DNA of 63,845 nucleotides, counting the filler, from Choristocarpus tenellus KU-1152 (lineage: Eukaryota > Protista > Phaeophyceae), in the NCBI GenBank assembly GCA_964200185.2. It is 9 parts of 9 records of this genome, joined end to end, with 100 filler letters (N's around TTAATTAATTAA, not from the genome) between each part and the next. Parts side by side here need not be neighbours in the genome. Positions count along the whole stretch, not along the records: positions 38,857 to 49,988 come from CAXNAD020002492.1; positions 50,089 to 58,787 come from CAXNAD020004432.1; 7 more parts are not named here. One strand, written 5' to 3'. Below are positions 39,560-53,127 of the stretch, piece by piece; positions within the stretch are counted from its first letter, which is position 1, and each line of letters opens with the position of its first letter. The notes beneath the pieces were generated by a model that saw nothing but the letters and a program-made list of their open reading frames with translations, ran no database searches and was not told the DNA's origin. The position numbers and the translations under genes were made by a program.

Positions 39560-40870
39560 AATGTAAATACTGCTACTCAGATTGATATCTGCTCCTTATT
39601 AATATGGGTGAGGTTACATGTTCAAACAATGGTTTTTGATCCATCCAAGCAATGAGCACACTTATTTATTTATCTGCAAAATGCTACCACTCAAGGCAAA
39701 ATTGGTAAAATATGAACGTGGGGCAGGAAATCGGTCAATGGTTTAAAATGCATTCAAGCAATGAGTAGATGCCTCTTCTTTTGAAACGCTGCAAAATGTC
39801 ACTGCTTGGGTCACGACTGGCATCTGACATGGATATGAGGCAGGTCACCATCAATATCTTCGTATTATGGCGCTGGTAAAACAGCCACACTATGGTTTTT
39901 GATCATAGCAACATTTGACACACACTTCTGGATATTTTTGGATCTATTCAAGAAGTACTTAACTGACATTCCAGTGAATAATATAAATTGTTGCTACTCA
40001 GGTCACCATTGGTATCTTATGGATATGTGTCAGGTGAAATGTTCAAACAACGGTTTTGGATCAATCCAAGGAATGTGTAACTAAATCTTCTGTGAAATGC
40101 AAAATGTTCCATTCAAGTGACCATTGATTTCTTTGTGGATACCGAGTTGGTAAAACAGTCAATTGTCTTAGATCCATTCAACCCGGGTGTGCCTGATACT
40201 ACTGTGAACGCTGAAAAATGTTGTTGCTCAGGTCACCATTGGTATCTAATGGGTATGGGGTATGTAAATCAGTCAAACAAGGGTTTAGGTAGGACATATT
40301 CAAGCAATGAGCAACTGATACTTTTGTGAAATGCTGCAAAATGTCCCAACTCAGGTCATCATTGATTGATATCTTATGGATATGGGGCAGGAAAAACAGA
40401 CAAACTACAGTTCTGGATCTATCCAAGCAATGTGTAACTTACACTTCTGTGACATACAGCAAACTGTTGCTTTTCAGCTCATTAGTGGTATCTTACGGAT
40501 AAGGGGGAGAAAAATCAGTCCAACAGTTTTCGATCCATCTAAGCAAATGTGCAACTGGCACTTCCATGATGATCTGCAAAATGTTGCCACTCCGGTCATT
40601 GTTGGTATGTTTTTGATATGTGGCAGTTCTGATGATCCACTCAAGCAATATTGGGTAACTGACACTTGTGCCTTTTCCTCTGAAATGTTTTCACTCAAGT
40701 AACGATTGGCATCTTGTGGATGTTGGCAGGTTATAACAGTCAAGCACGATTTTGGATCTGAGCAGTATGTCTCAGACGCATCAGGAAAACTGCAAAAGGC
40801 TGAAGCTTAAATTATTGGTTGGTATGTTAATAGATAGATATGGGGCAGGTGAAACGGTCAAAGAACGGCA
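39560..40870. repeat. Diverged ~110-120 bp tandem array, ~10-11 units
   Basis: Recurrent CTGCAAAATG...CTCAGGTCA..TTGGTATC..GGATATGGGGCAGG...GATCCATCCAAGCAATG. Confidence 0.8.
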
Positions 40871-43814
40871 AACATTGTTAAAGCCGCCAATCTCTGACGT
40901 TAGCAAGAGGTATACATGAAAATAAAAGCTGATGTTAGCCTATAGGGGGTGATTTGTAGAAGCTATATGGCGTCTGTAGCTATGGGGTCCAGAATGTGAT
41001 TGAATTATCAGAAACACTATCCATATGTTCAAGTATGGAGTGCTGATTTCAATGTGCTAATTGATGATGGTGGGTGGGGTAAGCTAAGTGCTCTTGTTGG
41101 GGATGTACATTAAGGTTGAAAAACAAGTTTGGCAATGGTCATTGTGAGTTGTTGATTAGTTGAGGGAAAGAGAGGAAACAACGACAGCTTGATATGCCGA
41201 GACTTGGAGAATGATATGTAGCTCCTATTGCTTTTTTGCCTTATGTCGTTGATCTGAGCTCCAGGGAAAACACATGAAAGGGAAACAGCTCTCCTCTTTT
41301 CTAGAAACCAACCTGAAAAGCATTGCAAGCCACCACGACTGCTATAGCACACTTTTCATATTTTCAAAGTTGATCCCTTCTCTAGAATTTTACTCTGTGG
41401 TTGACAAGAGTCCAATATTATAAAATCCTATCCCCACTCATGGGAGGGCCTATGATAAAGTTCAAAATTACTTACCCACCACAGTGGGCAGCTAAAAGTT
41501 CTGCTGTGGGAAGTTGTGGTTGAGGTCATTCAATAAGCTCAACGCAATGCAAGCTAGATAGATCCATCTATATGGAAGTTGTGATTATTCCAACTTTTCC
41601 TTGGCCTGCATGACAACCTGATATCGCCCGATTTTGGATGTGGGAATCACTATCCCATACCACTCTTGGTAGTTTATGGCTTGTAGCCTTGCCTTGCCCA
41701 GATGATGTAGCATTCATGCTCCCCACATGTACACTCTTAAACATAGAGGCATGGTGGTTAGAACTTCCAGAAGGACTTCAACAGTGTCTCAGTGTGCATG
41801 GCAGGTGGAGAAGAGATCTCACTATATACTAAGGAGTGTATTCACTGAGATGCACAAAGCAGTGATGCCCTGTGTAGGTAGGTCTGTGGATGCAATTCCA
41901 AGGTTACAAAAGCAAACATCCGGGTCTGAATTCACAGCCCTCTATGAGCAAGATATCTTTGCAAAACTGGTCAAGTGGTGGTCAGATGTCAACATGAGTA
42001 CCAGTGGGGCATGACTTTGCCATTGCATGAAAACTGGACCAGGTTGGTTGGTCTTGCTGAGAGCCTCAACATATAACCTTGACTATACTTGTAAGCTTTC
42101 TATGCTATTCACAGGAGCGAAGGGACTATTGTGTCACAATGCAGGATACATGCGAGGTTCATGGCTGCTATTGAAATAGCCACAGGTTACAGGAAGTTGT
42201 GTTCCATAATTATATTACAAATCAGATAAAGTCTAATGTTCCAAATCAGTTAATGTCATGTTGTAGTTCTAGGCAGTCCAAGCCACACAAGGTAGTGCTG
42301 AATTCAGTTATTTAACCTGCTTTCACCTCCTATGAAAGTAGGTTCCACCTTGAAACTGGAAAAGCAGTGATGATTGGCCCCGAAAAGGCCACAAATTAAA
42401 TTCTAATAAATCTTGCAAATATGATCAATGAACCAAGGCATGCTAAGTTGCTTTTTCATCCACCCAATTCTGGTCAGATAATAAAATATGTTAACCCTAA
42501 CCCAATCCGTAAGTCAAAGCAAGATCCTACAGGTAAGGATCCTAAACCAATGCACTGAAATTGGGGTGTCTTGTCGTATATCACATTGACAGAAATTTTG
42601 GTGGTTAAAGTCAAAATTTTTGCATCACAGAAGGATTTGAGCAATTTTGGTCTTGAAGAATGTTGGACATTTTGGGTTTCCAGGTTGTAATTCTGTTCGG
42701 TGTTGTTTGGCTCTTGGATGCATCAAAAAGACCACCTAGTACTGTGCAATGCATTGCCTTGTACCCATATATTGGGTTGTGTGTTACATGCTATGTTAAC
42801 ATTGAAATTTTAAAAAAATGGCTACATTTTGAATGCACCTCTTGAGACCAGAGTTAATCACCAGCCAATGACACCTCTAACCTTCTACTCAAGAGTATCA
42901 TTGGAAAATGTTGCTACTAACTTGGGCTTCTCAAAATCTACAAATACTATGCTCTTGTGGAGATAAACATTTTCCCAGCTCTAAAATGAAAATTGCTCAA
43001 CTGTTTTTCATGACAACAGGGTGAATATACCTATCAAGATCTTAGGAAATGATATTTCAGGTGTTCCAAACACTATACTCCATTACTTCAATGCAATATT
43101 GACACACTATAGATACATACTTTTTCATCAACCCACAACTATGGGGGTTAATTTCAACAGCAACAGGTGCAAAAGTAGCTATAATATCTCAGTTCCATGT
43201 AGCAGCAGCCAATATTAGGATATCAATGTCTGTCTCAGCTTTTTAGAAGCCAACAGGGTGAGTTTTGAGATAAATTTTGGGCAATAGGCCCATTCATATT
43301 ACCACACAAGCTATTGCCACTCCTGGTCAACAGAACAATTGCGTATCTTGAGTCAAGTCAATTCAGTGAAGAGTTCAACAGGAGGTGTTCATTATTAACT
43401 TCTGCTATATATATATATTCAGGACCACAATGGGCTTGTAGAATAGAGCAATGTCCCAAGAAACTCTTAGGTGCCCAACAACTTATATTCAGGGAGACAC
43501 CAGCAAGTTGAGTCTTTATATCAGGTGATTCCACTTTCTCAAGAAAACAGCATGCCCTAACGAAGTAAATATCAAGGTAAAGGTTAGAGGTTACTGATGT
43601 GAACAATATGGATTCATCACATCGAGTTGAAGGCGTACACTACACCACAAAAAAGTCAGACCAAGATCAGGTTGGCCATGAACCAGAATTCCCATCAGAA
43701 ATTGCAATATTCTGGTCTTCACTGCTCAATCTATTTATCAGTAGGAACACAAAGCTGGTAATTCTTGTACACCTTACGCCTTCTCTGAAAAGTTCCCCAT
43801 CTTCGATATTCACT

Positions 43815-45257
43815 TTATTTGTCGATAGGAACACGCGCCCTGATTTCCTGGAGTAGAATCTCAGGTGACATGACGAAAGGGAAGAAATGCTGGCAGTACA
43901 ACAGAAAATTTCAGCAAAAATAACAGACATGAAGGGGAAAAAGAACTGTCAGTGACTCCTGTACACGCTATGTCAAACAGTGTCTCCTCCCAAAATACAT
44001 CACAGGATTTATATGTAACACAGTTCTATTCCAGTAATTGGCTTCTCATTAGTGTAAGGTACATGTTGCCTGCAAAACCTTTTCCATCATGTTTCCAAAA
44101 TGAAGTGGGATAAGTGCCATGAAATTCGAATTACACAAATTATAGCCCGTATCTACCTTAATATTTCTATACATGAAGCAATGCTATCAGTATCTTACTT
44201 CACTGGTAAAGATCAAAATGTTTTGGTTTGTCTGTGTGTTCTTTCTTTACATACATTGTTTTTGGGTGGACTTACTATTTGTCCCTCAGGTTTAGTCTGA
44301 GTTTCCCGGAAGTACATGAGCACTGGCAGCTTCTCACTAGGGTAACATTCCCAGTTTGTCCATGTGTCATAGCGCCAACGGTTTTCCCCACCCACAAACC
44401 GATTCTCTCCGCTTCTCTCCAGCTCTCCATCTCCCACCCCAATCTTGACTTCCATTGCCTGATTGAGTGACAAGGAAAGTCTGCGTCACCATAAGCACAG
44501 ATGCCAATCATCTTCTCTGCACATATGCTACACGCTAAAATCACTCCTGCTGTGCAATGAAGGTCTATGTCAACTTGGTAACGGACGGTCCTTTCCGTCT
44601 GTTATGGTACAAATTGCTGTCCTATAGAGATGCACGTAGTTTCGATAAATCTACAGAACAACGAGGTATCATATTTCCACTCCTTCCTAATATAGTGCAT
44701 ACAAAACCCCCGAAAATAATTACATAATGTGCTAGCTTGGAAAATGGAGAAAAGACACCTGGTTCAATTTCCTATCCACAACCAGCGATTCCCTCCCTAA
44801 AATAGCGTAAACGTGTACGAGTCTCCTTGAGCGCCATCTACCACTCAGCGGTGCAACTCAACCTCTCTCTCTCTCTCATTCTGTGATGTTTCCCTTCACG
44901 ACATGCATCTTTGATGCGTAAATAGCTAACCTCCTCGTCGAATTCAAACTTGACCCTTGATGCTTGGAAGGCTAACAGTCCCCCGATCACCATAATCGGT
45001 ACGCCAGCACCCCAGTTGCTGGCAGCTGTGCATGCGACACCAAGGCCTACGAGTGACGCTGGTAAACGAAAATCAGTTGGAACCACGACCGACTCGGTCA
45101 CCGCCATCTGCGTGGCAAGCCTCGACGACTTAGTGATCAGACCCAAAGGTGAACTGAGTCGTGATGAGGATGCAACTTTCGTTGGCAAAGCAAACGAAGA
45201 AGCTCCATGTATGCAAACACCCAAAAGCAATAGCGGGAGGAGAAAGAATCGATGCAT
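43815..45257 (-). CDS. DUF3119-family plastid-targeted protein; exons 45257-44931, 44458-44276, 43889-43815
   Basis: Signal peptide + ASSF motif. FQASRVKFEFDEE/AMEVK...GGENRWRYDTWTNW...PVLMYFRETQ...GQI/HFFPF splices in frame via GT-AG, phase 0. Confidence 0.88.
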
Positions 45258-45510
45258 TTCAGATCCTGAACTTTCTCAGTAGTCAGATGTTGAACTGGGA
45301 TGTTTGTATGAGATTGGAGGATAAGAGTAGTATGTGTTTGGAGGGTTTGTAATGATGAAGGCGGTTTCGACTATTGAAATGAGATATTGTAGTAGAAAAG
45401 TACAATCAAGCAACCTTATTGGACCTTAGTTGTAGAGTTGGTTGTGGGAACATATCCTTCGAGACGCAGGGCCACCTCGGACGCGGACTTATAACAAGCA
45501 AAAGGGAAAA

Positions 45511-46434
45511 ATGTCAGAGTAAGTGCAATTTCGCGCGATCACGATAAGTCTGATGAAACTTGGTCATTGACCTCTAGGATACCCCTACTGGAATCCTCAC
45601 CCTCATGCCATATTCCTTCCATCTCCTTCTATTTCTTACAGCCCCAAGGCGGAGCGTCGGCGGAAGGATGAAGCTGTACGCGCTACAATAATGCAGAAAC
45701 TTGTCGAGACTGGAGAAAGAGAAAGACTTAAGGATCTTCTACGTGAACGTCTAGTCCAATGTGGCTGGCGTGATGAGCTCAAGGTGTGTATGCCCCCGCT
45801 TTCAAAACGATATTTAATTCTGTCAAGTCTAAAATGCAGATGATGACTTGGGTGTAACATTCTATACGATCGTGTCCTATTTGATAATCCCTGTTCATTT
45901 CTCTGTTAATGACACCTGATGCCCTTTGGGGTGATCACGGTTTCTAGTGAACCCATCGGAGCTGTTGAGATGTTGTGTATCATAGAGGAGCCTGCATTGT
46001 CGTTCTACTGCATGCACAAGCATATGCGGCTACATGCTTCTAGGCATATCTATACTTTGTATTATTATCCCCAACATTTTACAGATGTCATAGAGGCAAT
46101 GCATACAGGCATAATCACATCACGATAATATGGTAACACAAGCAACTATTTTTAAGTGCGAAGTTTCTGATGGACAAATCTCGAGGCTCGCTCAAGGGTA
46201 AGGCTTTTTTACTGTTTCCTGTTCATTTTCTCACATAAATCCCCATACCTTCCTTCCACACATGACCAATCTATCCAGGAGCACTGCAAGGAGATAATTC
46301 GTGGTAAAGGCTTGGAGAAAATTACTGTAGATGAATTGGTGGATGAGATTACTCCTAGGGGGAGGGCCACTGTTCCTGATGACATCAAGGCTGAGCTTCT
46401 CCAACGAATTCGAAAGTTTTTGCAATCAACTTAA
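45511..46434 (+). CDS. ENY2: Transcription and mRNA export factor ENY2/Sus1; exons 45511-45518, 45642-45783, 46279-46434
   Basis: Spliced product MSDPKA...[80 protein letters not shown]. Not in the ORF track because the exons are short. Confidence 0.93.
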
Positions 46435-46500
46435 GGTTCTTAATTCTCAAGCACAACAAAGTATGGATCTTGGAGGATATCTTCAGGTGTACACTTCGGA

Positions 46501-49500
46501 TCACCCCCTCTTCTTTCCTTGACCCAACTCCTTTACTCGCCCTGTCAAAAAAAACGAAGAGAGTTGTTGGTGTAAGTATGTTGCTGTATCATGGTGATCA
46601 AATCTAATCGTATTCCATTGGAATTGTACTCAGGACTATAGTAGATACTTACCCATTGCCCTTGAAGCAGCTATTTGCACATCATGATCACTGTCCTCCT
46701 GTATATTAGCCAGCCCCTCAACAACAAGCGAGACAGTAGCAGTGGATATCTTAGCTCCAGCTTGTCGGAGCACTTCAGCAAGGGCCTCCAGCAAAGTTAT
46801 TCTCACTGCTGTTTCTCCAGCAGAATTTGCCCCTGTCACCAACTCTGCTATTAGAGGATCGAAGCGAGTGCTAAGCCTCAAAAGCTGCCCCAAAGCTGTC
46901 AAGCCATGGTCTCGAACTGGCTTGTTGGAGTCACTCAGTGCCTTAACAAAGGTTGTTTGAAGTTGGGGCACAAAGGGCTTGAGGCTCACACCTCCTTTGC
47001 TGAGCAGAATCCCAAGTGTATGCAAAATAGCAGCCTTAACTCCAGGTGGAAATCTGTCACCCACAATACGAATAAGGGGTCCTGTTATCTTGATAATGAA
47101 AGGTTGGAGTACCTTTGGTCCTGTGACCTCCACAAGCTCACCAATCCCAGATGCTGCTGCCTCTCGAACCTCCCGACTGCCGTACATCAGACCCTGCTGG
47201 TACATGGGCAACAATGGCTCCAACCCCCTTGGTATGTTAACCCCTGGCAAGAGGTAGTCGCTTGAACTGCCACTCCCCCTCCGGTGACGAGCATCACTAA
47301 TGATGGATGCAATGATGGTCCGTGAGAAAGAGAGATGAGGTACCATCTCTTCTGCAGGTATCCGGGCATTGAGCGCCTTCAGGGCAGCCCAAACTTCTCT
47401 AAGTACATCCCTATCTGTGTCCACCAAACGTTGTAGCAGTTCCTTAAGAAGGAGAGGCACTTTTTCCTCAAAATCTGCCTGTGTGCCAGCAAGAAATTGC
47501 TGAACCAACCATGCTGCCCACCGCCTCTGCTTCGGGTCATCTGTTGACAGCATCTTGGTCATCTCATTGCAAAGCAAGTTGACTCCCACTGTCTCAACAT
47601 ACGATACCAGCAATGCTGATGATTGTTTGAGGACTTCTAGCCTGTGCAAGTCACTCAAAGCAGCATCTGGTGCAGTTTGACTCACCTGGTTGTCTAGTAC
47701 TGCAAGCTCAGATACAACAGCAGGAAGGAGAGTTGACAGGTGGTAATGGATAAAGGTGCCTGTCACCTCCGCAACAGCACCCAGTGCCCTTGCATGAGAT
47801 GCTGAAATCGGTCTGACAACAAGTTTGGGCACCAAGTAGGGCAGCAGGTCCCGGGGGCGCAGTTGTAACACTTCCTTAAGTCCGAAAATAGCCCTCTCAC
47901 GGGCCTTCACTGCACGATCATCATCACCTTCTTTCCCAAGCTGCTTCAGGAGGGAGGGGACAACACGCTCAATAGACCGAATGCCAACAGCCCTGTGTAG
48001 AGTATGGAAGGCTTGGGCAGATTGCTCACGGACCTTAGAACTTGGGTCACAGAGTGCGTCCTGAATTGCTGGCACGAGAGTATCAATGAAGTCTTCAACC
48101 TGGCGTGGGCTGGCGCACTCCATAATTTCTGCCAGCCCAAGGCATACCCCTTGTCTCATGTTCTCATCCCCAGTTTCCAGTCCTTGGCGTAAAAACGGCA
48201 CCACTTCTGGCAAAACCTGGTCCCCAAGCTTCTTTACAATGTCACCTAGGGCACGCCCAGCCACAGTCCTGTTATCTGAATGTCCACTAGCAAGAGCAGA
48301 TACAATTTGGGTAATAAGGTGTGGAAGAATCTCACGGAGTGCCTTGGGAGTGTTAGGCACAACTGTCTTCCACACCTGTAAAGCACTCTGTCTTACAACC
48401 GCACTCGTGTCGGAGCGGATAAGATAGAGTGAGGCCAAAACACTGTTGCGTCTTTCCAGTCCAAGTACCTCCTCGATGGCTTCTCCTGCCCGTGTGCTCC
48501 CCCGTGAATCGTCTTCCATGTTGTCCTCATCAACTGCCACCTCCTTAGTGTCACCAATGAGGTACAGTAGGTCTCCAAGGAGCTGAATTGAGCTTTGCCG
48601 GATGCGCCAGTTATCATCAAAGAGGCCCCTTTCCAGTGCTGGAAGGAGTTGGGTAGCATGAGTCTTGCCATGTGTGGCCACAAGCACCTGTCCAGCACGG
48701 AGTGCTACCTCACGAACTGTTTCCACCTCATCACTGAGGCCAGCAAGCACCACTGGTAGAGCTTGAGGAATAATAGGAGCAAAGTCTTTCATTAATGCAC
48801 CAGGCAGGAAGCAAAGTACCCACAGAACACCCTCACGCACCGGTGCCTTGGGGTGAGCAGCAAGAGGTAGGAGGTCCTCCAAGACAGACTTAGCCCTGTC
48901 CACCCCAAGAACTACCAGAACCTCAGAGAGACCCTGTGCGCCACCACTCCTCTCTGAAGAGCTACTGTCTGCCTTCAGGGTCTCCACTAGCCATGGGACC
49001 AATTCACTCACTCTCTCCTCACCCATACCTCGTACCAACGCAGCCAGAGCCTTGGCTGCTGTGGCTCTGACGTCAGGGATTGGGTCCACACATGTCGCCT
49101 TGAGACCTGAAATAATAACAGATATATAAGGTAGCAGATCTTTGGCATCTGAAATCATGCTACATGTGTTGCCAGTGATTAGTGCAGCCTTTCGCTTCAC
49201 CTCTGCTGACCTATCCTTGAGCCCCCGTTGCAGAACAGGCACAAGTAGTGCAAGTGACGGGGCATCAATTGAGTGCATAAACTCACAGGCCAGCAATGCC
49301 TCAAGTGCTTCCTTGGTGTGCTTTGAAGGATCTGAGAGTGCTGACATTAGAATCATTGACAGACTAGCCACCTCTGGGTTGCGAATCACAGAGCCAATGT
49401 CCTCAAGGGCCTTCCTTCCTGAATCTCGAACCTTGGGGTGCGTGTCTGCAAAAGCATCTGTCAGCTTTGGGACAATCATTGGTAGGCAGTCTGCCAACTG

Positions 49501-49988
49501 GCGAGGTGCACAGTATGCCATGGACCCTAGGAGTTCAATTGCCCCCTGTTTTGTCCTCCAGGCAGGGTCTGAGAGTGACTTGAGAATAGCAGGCAAAACT
49601 CGCTTCACCCCATGAGCAGATAGGTTGGACATGATTGCCCGTGCACAGTCATGTGCAGCTTCTCTAACGTGATTGGACGAGTCACTGAAGCACTTGAGCA
49701 GCAGGGGCAGGATCACAATAACGTAAGGCTCAAATAGTTGACCTAGACGTACACACATGCATTCAAAAGCACAGAGGGCTCCCTGCTTGCCCTGAAAACT
49801 TGTCCCCTTGCAGGCACTCTCCAATGTGGTTATCACATTGTGCTTCTTGAAGGCAGCAATGCCCAGGCCTTTGACAACGGCTGCTACTCCATATGCTGCA
49901 CCTCTGCGTTCTCCGTAGGTACCCCCCTTTACACAGCGCTGGAGTAGCTGCTGCAGGAGTTCTGGGGCCTGCTCCTTGGCTGCAGAGG
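46501..49988 (-). CDS. GCN1: GCN1 (eIF2-alpha kinase GCN2 activator, HEAT repeats), 3' part; exon >=49988-46653 and terminal exon 46541-46501
   Basis: YGERRGAAYG, FEPYV, WRTKQGAIELLGSMAYCAPRQL, IDAPSLAL, DPIPDVRATAAKAL, WRIRQSS, ITGPLIR motifs. Frame is open to the gap. Donor G|gtaagt at 46652 and acceptor ttttttttgacag at 46542 give ...MGRVKELGQGKKRG*. Confidence 0.95.
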
Positions 49989-50138
49989 NNNNNNNNNNNN
50001 NNNNNNNNNNNNNNNNNNNNNNNNNNNNNNNNTTAATTAATTAANNNNNNNNNNNNNNNNNNNNNNNNNNNNNNNNNNNNNNNNNNNNCGAAAAAAGAAA
50101 AAAAAAAAGAGAGGGGCGAGTTTTGTTAAATGATGTTT

Positions 50139-50171
<33 letters not shown>

Positions 50172-50677
50172 ATCAGATCTCTCTAAAGGATGGGTAAAGC
50201 AGGGCAGAAGAGGTTAACGTGGTACAATATAGGGCGTACCTCACAAGAGATTTCAACTAAAACAAAAAGGGAAGAGTGGAAAAAGGTGAGGCAAGCGATG
50301 CCTTCGGAAAAAATGTAAGGATACTGTCAGAGACATGCAACATCTTGCAATTGTTAGGAGGGGGTCCAACTTGCAGTCAAGTTCAACTGAGGGTGGGGCA
50401 AGCAATGAGAAGGTGTGGGTAAATATACATAGCACTGTTGCAAGTCAGTCACCCCCCAAAACCTGAGGAATGTAAATGAAGTAACCTGAACGAAGCAACC
50501 GATAAGACTACTGCACCACACAACACATGAAGGATAGAGTTACCTTTGCTTCCCTTGCCTTCACATACCACCTCACTTCACTCATTGCCCTTGCAAACAG
50601 GCCTCCATCCTTCACACACCACCTGACACGCTTGGCAAAAATATTACGTGTCAACACCACCCACCCTCCACACCAGG

Positions 50678-53127
50678 TCATGCAAGTTCAAGACTTAACA
50701 ATCCAAACAAGTTTTCCTTATCCCTCAACAAATCCCCCCCAAAATCTAGATCCTCCCCCACCTGAAGCCGGCTATCCCCCCCTCTAGCCCCTCCTGCCAA
50801 TTCTGAAACCCTTGTTGTTGCTCCTCCTTGCCGTCCACCAACACCAGTCCAGGGAGGGAGGAATGTGAACTGTACAACAAGTCTTTTCTGATTCACAAGG
50901 TGCTTCTGTTCCCACACTTCTGGGGGCTGCAGTAGGGGTGTGGGGGGGCAGGGGGGCTGAGAGTAACTCGAGGTTTGGTAAATGACCACTTACAGCCTGT
51001 CAGTATCAAGGGGACATCTGTATGCCAATGGTACGAGTAGAGTCAGGTTAAAATAAAATCGGTCACACTGCTCTTGCTTGGACACTCGGGAGCAGACTGC
51101 AGGAACCTCATGTAACTGAAAAAGACTGGCTAGTCTAAGCATTTGTGTGCTAGCTATGGCAGTGACAACAACGACATAGTAGAGTAAAAGACAGTTTGAT
51201 ACACACACAAGAAACAATTTTCCTCCACTGATAGAACCTTGAGAACAGATTAGCACAGCAAGGAGGGGAGGGGGGTTACTCTTCAGGGGAGGAGATGCAC
51301 TGTCAGGCTCTCTCTATGGTACCACTTGCCTGTGTGGGAAGGGAAGGGAAGAGGTAAGGACAAAGAAAATATACAAATAAAAAAATCTGACACTTCTCGT
51401 CTCCAACCCCACCCCACAGAAAACATACCTGACATTACCCCACCAGATTTAAGAGTAGAGTAACTAATGAGAGTCGAAACCAGGTGGCAGTAAATTTGGC
51501 AGAGCAATCAGAAGGAAACGCAAGCATGTTTCGTATTGCACTCACCATCTCTTTGGTGTCATCTACACCAGCCCCAACTGCATTTCCCACAGGCACACTC
51601 AGGACCATGAACTTATTGGAATCATCTGTTGAACGGGTCGCCCGGTACTCTTCCAATAGCAACCTAGGGAGGTGCAAGAGAAGGTTGACAAGAGAGGTTG
51701 ATGGGGAGCAGTGGTAACGGCAGTGGAAAGATTGCAATGCACTGAAGGGGATGAGCATTTGTGAACACCTACTATTTCAGAAGATCAACCGCATTAAGGG
51801 AGCTTATCTAATACCAAACATACATTAGGGTAAACTGAGACTTGATGAAGTCATCATTTGTTCATCTGTTCTGACATATTTAGGAGTACTACATGTGACT
51901 GCCTTGCCATCTTTCCTCTGCTTTTTAGGACTTCGTTCATTGCACTCCACTGGCTCTCACTAAGAAGTATCAGAGGAATCGCAGACAAGACAAATACAGA
52001 GACTGCAGACAGTCTACATCATGTGACTATTGGGCTTACCACATTGCACTCACAAAAAAAACTTGCAACGCTCAAATAAAACCCGTACCATGTGGGCTTA
52101 CTCTTCTAAACAGTCAAACACACACGCAATCAATACAGACTGCTTCCATCAACAAATCAACAACATGATCTTGCGGCTCAGGATCATCTAATCCCCCACC
52201 AGTGCAACCAAAGTGTGCAATTGTTGATCGATGTAGGTGGATGGCATGTCAAAAAGAGAGCAACCCCCAACAGTGACACTCACTTCTTTTCCTGTGCTAG
52301 CAGCACAATGGAGACAAGTGTTGTAGTTCCTGGGTTAACTTTTCCCTGGTTGGGACAAACCAAGTACCTGTGAGGAGCAGTTATCAGGGGTGTAAACAGG
52401 TTATGGTCTGGGCCCGGAAAGTGTAGGTAGAGCTAGGGGAGAAGGAAATGCTGTGTCAAGGTTGCAGCTATTTGTATTACTGCTGCAGCCCTAATATTTC
52501 TAAAGCCTCTTTATCTACCAGCTAGAGGAGTCACTTGCAGGTCAAAAGTGAAACAAGGCTGTGGGATAGGGACTATTGTTGGAACATTTTTTAGTCATTT
52601 TGGAGTTCATGGACAAAGTGCCGAAGAAAAAAATGCTATCTTGGAGTACCGTGAGGATAGAGCTGTTAGTGATGCGTGGGGTAGGGAGGGGGGGTAGCTC
52701 ACCGCTTTGGTTTAGTGGTCTTCACCTTGAAGGCGCAAGGGTATTTTCCTGGGTTGGAGAGCCGAAGAGTACACTGTCCACCAGAGGGAGAAGGGTTGTA
52801 TGGGGTGCAGCATGGCACGTGGTGACAAAGACGCATTGCATTGCAGCTCAGGGGATACATCCCACCATGCCACAGAGGTCGCAATATGTAGCATAGTACG
52901 AAACGATATACAAGCGTGAAGTAAGCTTACGCTGGATGTGAAAAAAAAGAACAATAACTTTCCAGAGCACGATCAGCAAAAGGGGGAGTCTGAAAGGTAG
53001 TGAACACCAACTTGAAAGGAGACCGAATATAATGCACCGCGTAAGATCATTTAATAGCTACCTGTGTGGTTTGTTGTTCCTCCTCTCCGAGCTGGAACGT
53101 AAGCGCCTGCAGGGTACGTAAGGTCAT
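50678..53127 (-). CDS. MSP (VAP-like) domain protein; exons ~53127-53062, 52773-52703, 52367-52284, 51663-51546, 50926-50678
   Basis: CTLRLSNP...AFKVKTTKPKR/YLVCPNQGKVNPG...NKFMV...KRLVVQF; phases compatible across GT-AG junctions; first and last exons less certain. Confidence 0.75.

Noticed and set aside
46742-49615. Plus-strand ORFs within GCN1
   Set aside because: Antisense shadows of a long coding exon
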